Assembly: GCA_045639065.1 (NCBI GenBank)
Contig: JAZUCK010000016.1
Coordinates: 7,705-71,704, forward strand
DNA: 64,000 nt
Direction of reading: 5' to 3'
Origin: Alphaproteobacteria bacterium
GTDB lineage: Bacteria > Pseudomonadota > Alphaproteobacteria > RF32 > CAG-239
In this document: positions 55,983 through 64,000 of the stretch, one piece after another
How the letters are laid out: every line of letters begins with the position of its first letter
Numbering within the stretch: position 1 is the first letter of the stretch
The notes under the pieces: generated by a model
Told to the model about the DNA's origin: nothing
The model's input: only the letters and a program-made list of their open reading frames with translations
The model's database searches: none
Translations under genes and position numbers: made by a program

Positions 55983-57110
55983 ATGTCTGATAACGATACG
56001 CTTAGTAATATTAGATTAAAAATAAAACAAAGCCAAGAAGACATTGTAGAAGGTTTGCCTGAAGAGCTTTCTACGGATTTTTCGTGGAGCCGTGTTTCTC
56101 AAAGCGGTATTTCGGGAAAAAGCTCGTTAGAAGGTAATAGTTTGTCTTTTGTCGGTAAGAATCTTGAAGGCGGAAAGTTTGCGGAAGAAAATTTGCAAGG
56201 GGCAAATTTTAGTGTGTCTAATCTTACAGGAGTTGATTTTAGCGGTGCCGATTTAAGAGGTGTTGACTTTAGTGGTGCTAATCTTACCGGCGCTAACCTT
56301 TCGGGTGCAGATTTGACCGGTGCAATTTTATCAGGCGCAGTATTACATAATACCAATTTTTCAAAAGCAAAGTTAAACGGTGTCAGACTGACTGATGCTG
56401 ATTTGGAAAATGTAATTTTACTTGATATTGAAATTGATGCCCTTGGAATTGAAGAGCTTCAGGCTCTGATTGAATATTTGGCAAAATATTATCCGCATAA
56501 GCTCAATCTTTCCAAGATGAACGTTTCGTTATTGGATTTTACCAGAATCGATTTATCACAAGTTGATTTAACCGGAGTTGATTTTACAGGTGTTAACTTT
56601 ACCGGTGTAAGTATTACCGGACTTGATCTGAGCCAATGTAAAATTACGCCAGAGCAAATCGCTCAAGCGTTGGGAAGAGTGCCGTCACCTGAGGAATTGG
56701 CAAGGATTTTAGCGCCTAAGAAAAAGAAAAAAGGCGGTAAAGGCTTTGAAGATATTGCTATGATGTTTCAAGGCGGTAAGGACTATTTGGTGTGGGATTT
56801 TACCAAAGATAAAGGTATTTCAATTGAACAGTTAATGGCGGTAGGTAAAAAAATATTCAGTCATGGTAAAAAACCTCAGGCAAAAGAAGAGAGCAAAGAA
56901 ACTAAAGAAGTTAATGAAGATGCTGAGGATATGAAGGCAAAATCACATAATGAAGAGTTGCGTAAAATAATCGAGGAACGTAAACAAAAAGAGCTGCAAG
57001 CCAGAAAAGCCATGAAAGAAAGTGCCGAAAAAGAAACTCAAGAAAAGCCGAAAGTTGAGATTAAAAAAGAGCGTATCATTCCTAATAGAAGTTTTGACAG
57101 GGGTAGATAA
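55983..57110 (+). CDS. pentapeptide-repeat protein with Lys/Glu-rich C-terminal tail
   Basis: It has more than 20 tandem A(D/N)LxG/F pentapeptides (ANFSVSNLTGVDFSGADLRGVDFSGANLTGANLSGADLTGAILSGAVL…). Confidence 0.85.
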   Translation: MSDNDTLSNIRLKIKQSQEDIVEGLPEELSTDFSWSRVSQSGISGKSSLEGNSLSFVGKNLEGGKFAEENLQGANFSVSNLTGVDFSGADLRGVDFSGANLTGANLSGADLTGAILSGAVLHNTNFSKAKLNGVRLTDADLENVILLDIEIDALGIEELQALIEYLAKYYPHKLNLSKMNVSLLDFTRIDLSQVDLTGVDFTGVNFTGVSITGLDLSQCKITPEQIAQALGRVPSPEELARILAPKKKKKGGKGFEDIAMMFQGGKDYLVWDFTKDKGISIEQLMAVGKKIFSHGKKPQAKEESKETKEVNEDAEDMKAKSHNEELRKIIEERKQKELQARKAMKESAEKETQEKPKVEIKKERIIPNRSFDRGR

Positions 57111-57112
57111 TA

Positions 57113-59437
57113 ATGGCTGCTGACGTTAATATCAGTCAGGAAAAAAGTAAAACAAAAGCTTTGCTAAATATTTTGTTGATATTGTTGGCCGTTTATTTGG
57201 CCTTTTTTGCTTTATCCGCAATATGTTTCGCTTTGTTAGATATTTCATGCCGAGTTGGTATTATTGAGCATAAGGACACTCTTCATATCAGATGGCTTAA
57301 ATTTATATCTAATCCTTTATATATATTCAGTTTGTATGGCAGTTGGTGGAGTTTGTTAGTAAAAAGTTTTGCTGACGGTGCTGTCAGACTTGTGTTGATT
57401 ACACCGTTTTTTGTTCCTGCGGGTATGGTTTTTGCCGGAGTTTATACGTTCTTAAAACGCAGATATTCATTTGCGTTGTGGTATATTATCAATCATCATT
57501 TTGCCAAGATGTCAGATGTTGAAAATATGGGTATAAAAAAAGGCCCATTTATGATGTTGGGACGTTTTGAAGGCTCGTTGCTTGGAGTTAAGCCGTCAGA
57601 ATCGGTATTATGTATCGGTGAAATGGGAACAGGAAAGACATCCAGTGTGGCAATTCCTTCTGTATTGCATTCTGATAATGCCTGCCTTATTTGTGTCGAC
57701 ATGACGGGTTTGTTGCCAAAATATACAGCAGGAAAACGAACAAGGTTGGGTAAAACCTTTTATTTTAACTGGGATTTGGAAGATGATGTTGAAAAGGAAA
57801 TATATTATCCCAGATGGAATCCTCTTTGCGAAGAAAATATGCCGAATGCTCGTGATGAACGTGATGCCTATATTAAACGTATTGCCGGATATTTGATTGA
57901 TGTTAATGAGGTGGATAGAAATGATTATTGGAATATTTTGGCAAACTCGATAATCGTTGCTTTCTTAGCTTATTGGGATGCTAAAGTTTTTCAAGCCAAA
58001 ACGAATGATTTTTTCTTAAACAAATTGGTTGAAGGGCGCCATTTAACAGCAGAAGAAAAGAAGATTTTGAAGAGTTATTATGTATTGATGCAAAAATCAT
58101 ATACAAAAGATGCAATGGAGGCTTTAGACGATAATACAATAAATCAAGACAGCTATGTTCCTATCGGAAGTTGGGCCGGTATACCGGAACAATGGGTCGG
58201 AAAAGACGTTTGTTTCGCAAGTATTACCGATTGGATTATTGATAATTATATATCTTCAAGAGATGAAAAAGGAAAAGATTGGAAATCGTGGTTTGAGTCA
58301 TTGTTAAGGGAATCTGTATTCTTCGGATATGGAAATCTGGCAATCAACGGTTTCAGACAGGTTTTAGCTTTGTCGACACAACAACGCCAACTTGCATTTA
58401 CTTCGGTTATGAAACCTTTTAAGATTTTTACTAATCAGGCACTCCGTGAAAGAACAAACGGCAATGATTTGAATATTGATGATATTAGAGGTATTTATGA
58501 CGAAGCCACGAAGAAATGGCGCCCGATAACAATTTATTCACTAGCTAATAACTATAATTCCAAGATATTGAACCAAATGTTTTTGGACGAGGTCTTGTAT
58601 AGAAATATTTATCAGCCTGCTAAAAGCGGACAGGGGGCTTTACCGTTGGTTTTAGTTTTAGATGATGTGGGACATAATCTGAAGCTGAAAAATTTAATGG
58701 CACTCTTAGAAAAAGGAAAGTCTAAAAAGATATCAGCTTTGCTTTTGTGTAACTCGATGAATTTGGTCGAAAATACATACAGTAAAAAAGAGCTGGAATG
58801 TGTGGTTATGAATACCGCATATAAGATTGTTAAAGCTCCTGACAACCAAAAACTAAGTCGTCAGTTGGATAAGTTGGCTACGTTTGCCACAAAATCAGTG
58901 CAGATACCAAAGGTAAAAAATAAAAAACGTAAATTGCGCAAAAAACATTTTGCCGACGCAAGTTATTTTCACAGGCTTGCACTTGATTTTAAGCTTAGTA
59001 AAAGAATTAAGATTGATACTAGATCACATCAAATTGTTTTAGCAGAAGGTTTTTATCACAGACCGATATTGGCCGAAAATGTGTTTTTTGCCGAAGATGA
59101 AAAATTTAGCAGATGGGCTGTGCTTGATGCTGATTATACCTTGCCTGATGATGTTATGGAAAGAAAAAACGAATTTGATTTGCGTACTCCGAAAATCAGC
59201 GAAATATTTGATAATAAAGATTTGGGTATGGATGATATTGTTCAACTTGATCAGTATATGAGTATGGTTTTTGATGAGGTTGAAACAGAGAAAAAGAAAA
59301 AAAGAGAAGAGCTTGAAAAAAAAGTAGTGCCGGAAACAGAAATAAAAGATGAAGCCGTTGATGATTGGTGGCTTGAAGAAGATGCTTTCGGTGTAGAAAA
59401 AAATGATAAAAAAAATCCTTTTGGTGCAAAAAAATAA
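57113..59437 (+). CDS. membrane-anchored P-loop NTPase resembling a type IV secretion coupling protein (VirD4/TraG/TraD-like), divergent catalytic motifs
   Basis: Two or three N-terminal TM helices are followed by Walker A GEMGTGKTSS, a PRWNPL motif, and a Walker-B-like LVLVLDDVGHNL. The stop of the pentapeptide gene (TAA) is separated from this ATG by 2 nt (TAATAATG). Confidence 0.45.
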   Translation: MAADVNISQEKSKTKALLNILLILLAVYLAFFALSAICFALLDISCRVGIIEHKDTLHIRWLKFISNPLYIFSLYGSWWSLLVKSFADGAVRLVLITPFFVPAGMVFAGVYTFLKRRYSFALWYIINHHFAKMSDVENMGIKKGPFMMLGRFEGSLLGVKPSESVLCIGEMGTGKTSSVAIPSVLHSDNACLICVDMTGLLPKYTAGKRTRLGKTFYFNWDLEDDVEKEIYYPRWNPLCEENMPNARDERDAYIKRIAGYLIDVNEVDRNDYWNILANSIIVAFLAYWDAKVFQAKTNDFFLNKLVEGRHLTAEEKKILKSYYVLMQKSYTKDAMEALDDNTINQDSYVPIGSWAGIPEQWVGKDVCFASITDWIIDNYISSRDEKGKDWKSWFESLLRESVFFGYGNLAINGFRQVLALSTQQRQLAFTSVMKPFKIFTNQALRERTNGNDLNIDDIRGIYDEATKKWRPITIYSLANNYNSKILNQMFLDEVLYRNIYQPAKSGQGALPLVLVLDDVGHNLKLKNLMALLEKGKSKKISALLLCNSMNLVENTYSKKELECVVMNTAYKIVKAPDNQKLSRQLDKLATFATKSVQIPKVKNKKRKLRKKHFADASYFHRLALDFKLSKRIKIDTRSHQIVLAEGFYHRPILAENVFFAEDEKFSRWAVLDADYTLPDDVMERKNEFDLRTPKISEIFDNKDLGMDDIVQLDQYMSMVFDEVETEKKKKREELEKKVVPETEIKDEAVDDWWLEEDAFGVEKNDKKNPFGAKK

Positions 59438-59508
59438 TTGTTAAAACAATATATTTTCTGTTATGCTTAGCCATAATGCGAATCGTTTTTATTTATAGAG
59501 ATTAGTTT

Positions 59509-60822
59509 ATGGAAGATACTTTGTTTTCGGCAAAAATAAGACGTCCGTTGGCTGACAGGCTTCGTCCGCAAAAATTGAGCGAGGTCGTCGGACAGGATCA
59601 TATTATAGGCAATGATGCTCCTTTGGGACGTATGATTTCATCCGGCAAGGTTACATCGTTTATTTTGTGGGGACCTCCGGGATGTGGTAAAACAACCATT
59701 GCAAGACTTATAGCCGAGAATACCAATTTGTATTTTGAACAAATTTCGGCAGTTTTTTCCGGCGTGGCCGATTTAAAACGAGTTTTTCAATATGCGAAAG
59801 AACGCCGTGCCAATCAAGGAATCGGAACATTATTGTTTGTTGATGAAATTCACAGATTTAACAAATCTCAACAGGACGGTTTTTTGCCTTATGTAGAAGA
59901 TGGAACAATTATATTGGTCGGTGCAACAACGGAGAATCCGTCGTTTGAACTTAATGCGGCTCTTCTTTCAAGATGTCAGGTTTTTGTGCTTAATCGTCTT
60001 AATGAACAAGATTTTGAAGAATTGCTGCAACGTGCCGAAACAGAACAAGGTGTAAAGTTGCCGGTTGATGATGAAGCCAGAGAATTTATGAAGCAAACGG
60101 CAGACGGAGACGGCAGATATATCTTAAACTTGGCCGAGAGTGTTTGGAGTTATGCCAAAGAAGGTGAAATTTTTGATAAAGATAATATTGTTAAAATAAT
60201 TCGTTCACGAGCACCTGTTTATGACAAAGGACGTGACGGTCATTATAATTTAATATCAGCGGTTCATAAATCCTTACGCGGTTCTGATGTTGATGCGGCA
60301 CTTTATTGGGTGGCGCGTATGATAAAATCGGGAGAAGATCCTAAATATATTTTACGTCGGTTGACCAGATTTGCGGTGGAAGATGTGTCTTTGGCTGAAC
60401 CGGGAGCGGTGGTGCAGGCTATTGCTTGTTGGGATACGTATGAAAGACTTGGTTCTCCCGAGGGGGATTTGGCAATTATGCAACTGACAGCGTATTTAGC
60501 TACAGCACCAAAGTCTGCCGGAGTGTATAAAGCAATGCATGCAGCATTTGATTTGGCTAAATCTACAGGTTCGTTAATGCCTCCGAAAAATATATTAAAT
60601 GCTCCGACAAAATTGATGAAGGATTTGGGATATCACGAAGGATATGAATATGATCCCGATTGTGAAGACGGTTTTTCGGGAGCAAATTATTTTCCGGAAG
60701 GAATGCGTCGACCAAAATTGTATCATCCGGTAGATAGGGGTTTTGAGCGTGAGATTAAAAAGCGTGTGGAATATTTTGATAAGCTTCGTAAAGAAAAACA
60801 GGCACAAAAAGGTGAAAAATGA
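59509..60822 (+). CDS. rarA: replication-associated recombination protein A (AAA+ ATPase)
   Basis: It has Walker A GPPGCGKTT, Walker B LFVDEIHRFNK, and the MgsA C-terminal domain. Confidence 0.9.
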   Translation: MEDTLFSAKIRRPLADRLRPQKLSEVVGQDHIIGNDAPLGRMISSGKVTSFILWGPPGCGKTTIARLIAENTNLYFEQISAVFSGVADLKRVFQYAKERRANQGIGTLLFVDEIHRFNKSQQDGFLPYVEDGTIILVGATTENPSFELNAALLSRCQVFVLNRLNEQDFEELLQRAETEQGVKLPVDDEAREFMKQTADGDGRYILNLAESVWSYAKEGEIFDKDNIVKIIRSRAPVYDKGRDGHYNLISAVHKSLRGSDVDAALYWVARMIKSGEDPKYILRRLTRFAVEDVSLAEPGAVVQAIACWDTYERLGSPEGDLAIMQLTAYLATAPKSAGVYKAMHAAFDLAKSTGSLMPPKNILNAPTKLMKDLGYHEGYEYDPDCEDGFSGANYFPEGMRRPKLYHPVDRGFEREIKKRVEYFDKLRKEKQAQKGEK

Positions 60823-61211
60823 GTGAAAGAAACAAAAAAGTTATATATGTCAGCAAAGAAACGGATGAAAAAATTACCGATGAATTGCGCGCGGAAATAA
60901 TGTCTCATGAGATAGAAATCAGGGTTATAGAAAAGGAGCCTCTCGTGATAGGGTTAAGCGGAGAGGAAACTCGTAAAATAGATGTGTTAAAAGAGGATAA
61001 TCCTGAAATAATAGTTTTAGAAAAAGAGCCTATTGTGATGGAATTAAGAGGAGAAGAACTTCTTAAAATGATGGAAGAACATATAGAAATAATAGACCCG
61101 TCAATAGAATATGAAAATAAGCCAAAGAAGAAAAAATATGTGCAAAAAAGAATTGGTGATGTGAGCAAAGCAAAAATTAAAAATGTGAGAGGAAAAAGAT
61201 ATGGCCGTTAA
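60819..61211 (+). CDS. hypothetical small protein with internal tandem repeat (…EIRVIEKEPLVIGLSGEETRKI… / …IIVLEKEPIVMELRGEELLKM…)
   Basis: A 130-aa ORF. It overlaps the rarA stop (ATGA) and overlaps the rluC/D start by 11 bp. Confidence 0.45.
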   Translation: MSERNKKVIYVSKETDEKITDELRAEIMSHEIEIRVIEKEPLVIGLSGEETRKIDVLKEDNPEIIVLEKEPIVMELRGEELLKMMEEHIEIIDPSIEYENKPKKKKYVQKRIGDVSKAKIKNVRGKRYGR

Positions 61212-62124
61212 GCTTGTTAAAGTTAAGGAACAAGATGATGGTATGCGCCTTAACAGGTGGTTTTTAAAATATTATCCTAATCTTCCGTTATCAAGATTGC
61301 AAAAACTGCTTCGAACAAAACAAATAAAGGTTGAGGGTAAAAAGTGTGAAACTTCACTCAAATTGCAAGCAGGCTGGGAAATAAGAATTCCGCCTTTGGA
61401 TGATAAACTGCAAGAAAAAGACAAAGATTTCGTGTCGGATAAAAATGCCGAGATGATAAAATCTATGGTTATATACAAGGACAATAATATTATTGTTTTA
61501 AACAAGCCTTCGGGTTTGGCGGTACAGGGCGGTACAAATACTTTTCATCATATTGATGCATGGTTGCCGGCGTTGAAATATGAAAAAGAAGAAGCTCCGA
61601 AATTGGTACATAGAATTGATAAAGATACTTCGGGGTTGTTGGTGTTGGCCAGAGATAGAAAAAATGCCGAGATTTTGACTAAGGCTTTTAGAGAGCATAA
61701 TTTGCAAAAAACGTATTTGGCATTGGTTAGGGGGTGCCCCAAAAAGATGAGAGGTCAGATAAAAGCACCATTGGAAAAGGTCGGCGAGAAATCGCTGGTT
61801 ACTCCGGAAGGTAAAAAGGCAATTACCGACTATAGAGTTTTGGACAATGTGAGCGATAAGTTTGCTCTTATTGAAGCTATGCCTTTGACAGGCAGAACAC
61901 ATCAAATCAGAGCCCATATGGAATATATCGGTACGCCTATTGTCAGCGATGATAAATATTTTGGCGAAGAAAATGTCAAAGTAGCTAATATAAAGGATAA
62001 ATTGTATTTGCACTCTTATAAAATTGATTTATCAAATATATATAAAGGGGTAAAAATAAAGGCAAAATTACCGCAACATTTTGTTGAGGCTTTATCGGTG
62101 TTGGGTTTAAGTTTTAAGGAGTAA
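61201..62124 (+). CDS. rluD: 23S rRNA pseudouridine synthase, RluA superfamily (RluC/RluD-like) with N-terminal S4 domain
   Basis: An S4-like N-terminus and the catalytic motif HRIDKDTSGLLVLA are present. 307 aa. Confidence 0.8.
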   Translation: MAVKLVKVKEQDDGMRLNRWFLKYYPNLPLSRLQKLLRTKQIKVEGKKCETSLKLQAGWEIRIPPLDDKLQEKDKDFVSDKNAEMIKSMVIYKDNNIIVLNKPSGLAVQGGTNTFHHIDAWLPALKYEKEEAPKLVHRIDKDTSGLLVLARDRKNAEILTKAFREHNLQKTYLALVRGCPKKMRGQIKAPLEKVGEKSLVTPEGKKAITDYRVLDNVSDKFALIEAMPLTGRTHQIRAHMEYIGTPIVSDDKYFGEENVKVANIKDKLYLHSYKIDLSNIYKGVKIKAKLPQHFVEALSVLGLSFKE

Positions 62125-62128
62125 TTAT

Positions 62129-64000
62129 ATGAGATTGGTTAAGAGAGTATCATCAATAGTTGCAAGTCTTATAATAATTTTAGCAATTGGGGGGTATGTA
62201 TTTGTAAGGAATTTTGATTTAAACAGATATAAACCGTATATTGAAGATGCTGTTTTTGACGCAACCGGAAGAGTATTAAATATGGCAGGCGATGCCCATT
62301 TAGCGATATCTCTTATACCAACTGTCGCAATAAATAATGTTTCACTATCGAATCCATCTTGGGCGCAAAATCCGAATATGGTTGAGTTAGATAAATTAGA
62401 AATTAAATTTGCCGTTATGCCGTTATTAAAAAAGCAAGTTGTAATAGATAAACTTATTTTACATGGGACAAAAGTTTATTTGGAAAAGTCAGCAACAGGC
62501 GAGAAAAATTGGGTTTTTGACTCAAAACCGCAAAAGATAAAAAAAGTTAAATCTGTTTCATCTAATGTTAAAGTAAATAATGTGGCAGAAGCTGCTGTCG
62601 GAACGGTTTTGGTTGCACATAATGTTGATATTTCAAATGGTGTTTTGAATTATTATGATGCAGAATCAAATTCTAATCATTTGTTGGAAATTGAAAATGT
62701 GAATGCAAAATTAAATGGTTTGGATAAGCCATTAGAAATTGATGCTAAGATGAAATATAATGGTGAAAATATTACATTTGATGCATCAATAAGTACCGTT
62801 AATAGCGTAATACAAGATGATAAATTAGATTTTGAGGCTAAGATTGAAGCTCTAAATGTAAAAGCAGATTTGGTCGGTGGAGTTGTCGGTGTTTTAACAA
62901 ACCCGCTTTATGCTGTAGAAGGAAATATATATAATCCTAAAGGAAACTTTTCATTGCCGAAGATAGATATTGCAACAAGAATTGACGGTGATACAGGTTC
63001 GGCAAGTATTATAATCAAAAAGTTGTTGTTGAATGAAAATGAGATAACCGGTAAAACCGATATTAACTGGAGCGGTAATAAACCGGTGGTTAAGGTTGAT
63101 TTAATTGCTTCATCGTTTAATGTTAGTGATTTTATCGTAAGCAAAAAACAGGCTTTTGTTATGCCTTCTTTGATAAAATCAGCAAATGCATTAACTTTCG
63201 TGCCTAATGATATGGTTGATTTTGCTTATTTGAATATGCTCAATGGCGATGTTGGTGTCAAAATAGGGAATTTGGTTTTGCCGGAAAAAATCGTGCTTAA
63301 AAATGTTGATGTAAAAGCTAAACTGCAAAACGGAGTGTTGGATATAAATCCGCTTAGTGTTGATTTGGACGGTGGTAAAATAATCGGTAATGCGAGTGTA
63401 TCAGCATTGTCAAATTCGGTTAAGGCTGATGTGAAAACAAAGGATTTGAAAGTGCAGGACATTGATAAAACATTATTTGGCGATGTGTCACCTCTTAAAG
63501 TCAGTCAAGGTGGCGATTTGATATTTGATTTATCGGTATCAACTTCGGGAAATACATATCGTAAATTAACCGAAAATTTGAATGGAAATTTGGTTTTAAT
63601 ATTGGATAAGTCAACTTTAAGCGGCGCTAAGTTGAATTGGTTTACCAATAATATAATAGGACAATTGTTGTCGTTGTTGAAAATTGATACGACAAAGGCA
63701 AAAGACATTGATATAAATTGCGCGGTTGTTCGTTCAGATATCTCTAAAGGAAAAGCTTATTTTCCAAGCGGAATAGCTTTTAACTCGAAGCAAATTAAAA
63801 TGGTCGGAAGCGGTGATATTAACTTAGTTAATGATGGCATAAATTTCACTATTGCACCGACGCTTAATAAGTTAGCAGATGGTAATATTACACAAGCCTT
63901 GGCATCATTTGTAAAAATTGAGGGAACTTTGAATAAACCAAAATTGCGTTTGGATACATCATCGGCATTAAATACCATAGTCGGAGCCGTAGCAACAGGC
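62129..64000 (+). CDS. AsmA-family protein, 3' end beyond window
   Basis: The N-terminal TM anchor (IVASLIIILAIGGYVFV) and AsmA-like region resemble the N-terminus of the 36046 protein. The frame is open to the window end and is absent from the ORF track because it has no stop. Confidence 0.6.
   Translation, partial: MRLVKRVSSIVASLIIILAIGGYVFVRNFDLNRYKPYIEDAVFDATGRVLNMAGDAHLAISLIPTVAINNVSLSNPSWAQNPNMVELDKLEIKFAVMPLLKKQVVIDKLILHGTKVYLEKSATGEKNWVFDSKPQKIKKVKSVSSNVKVNNVAEAAVGTVLVAHNVDISNGVLNYYDAESNSNHLLEIENVNAKLNGLDKPLEIDAKMKYNGENITFDASISTVNSVIQDDKLDFEAKIEALNVKADLVGGVVGVLTNPLYAVEGNIYNPKGNFSLPKIDIATRIDGDTGSASIIIKKLLLNENEITGKTDINWSGNKPVVKVDLIASSFNVSDFIVSKKQAFVMPSLIKSANALTFVPNDMVDFAYLNMLNGDVGVKIGNLVLPEKIVLKNVDVKAKLQNGVLDINPLSVDLDGGKIIGNASVSALSNSVKADVKTKDLKVQDIDKTLFGDVSPLKVSQGGDLIFDLSVSTSGNTYRKLTENLNGNLVLILDKSTLSGAKLNWFTNNIIGQLLSLLKIDTTKAKDIDINCAVVRSDISKGKAYFPSGIAFNSKQIKMVGSGDINLVNDGINFTIAPTLNKLADGNITQALASFVKIEGTLNKPKLRLDTSSALNTIVGAVATG

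Overview
This is a low-GC (roughly 30-35% by eye) Gram-negative chromosomal segment, most likely from an alphaproteobacterium. Supporting markers are a GapR/DUF2312 protein, a three-gene PntAA/PntAB/PntB transhydrogenase, a STAS-fused MlaE, and TolQ-TolR-TolA with TolB elsewhere. Most of the window is housekeeping. It holds a partial ettA, tolQRA, glyQS, mlaEFD plus a lipoprotein, pntAA-AB-B, a split chrA pair, gapR, pyk, deoB, pgeF, djlA-like, ampD-like, ruvX and tolB. It also holds a cdd-punA-deoC-deoA nucleoside-catabolism operon, a giant AsmA-like protein, galU, a detached rplQ, rpoB-rpoC, truA, rarA, rluC/D and a second partial AsmA. Gene order is strongly rearranged: rpoBC is not preceded by rplKAJL, and rplQ is not preceded by rpoA. 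Between about 4.4 and 16.5 kb lies a heterogeneous accessory-looking block. It starts at tRNA-Trp, which carries inverted and direct partial tRNA and terminator duplicates. Inside it is a tRNA-Gln flanked by two roughly 230-bp GC-rich, structured, terminator-ended direct repeats that bracket an orphan ORF. The block encodes an LtaS-like sulfatase-family membrane protein, a GNAT-NUDIX fusion, a TSCPD protein, an LMW phosphatase, an N/Q-rich effector-like protein and a truncated Hsp70-like ATPase, among others. The second notable locus, at 54.1-59.4 kb, runs SPOR lipoprotein, then pentapeptide-repeat protein, then a translationally coupled divergent T4SS-coupling-protein-like (VirD4/TraG-like) membrane ATPase with no other T4SS genes in view. 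Two copies of an approximately 85-bp palindromic MITE-like element sit immediately 3' of the ettA and rpoC stop codons, each with a roughly 20-bp flanking duplication. Two paralogous HAD hydrolases lie about 35 kb apart. All calls rest on motif recognition by eye; no searches could be run.
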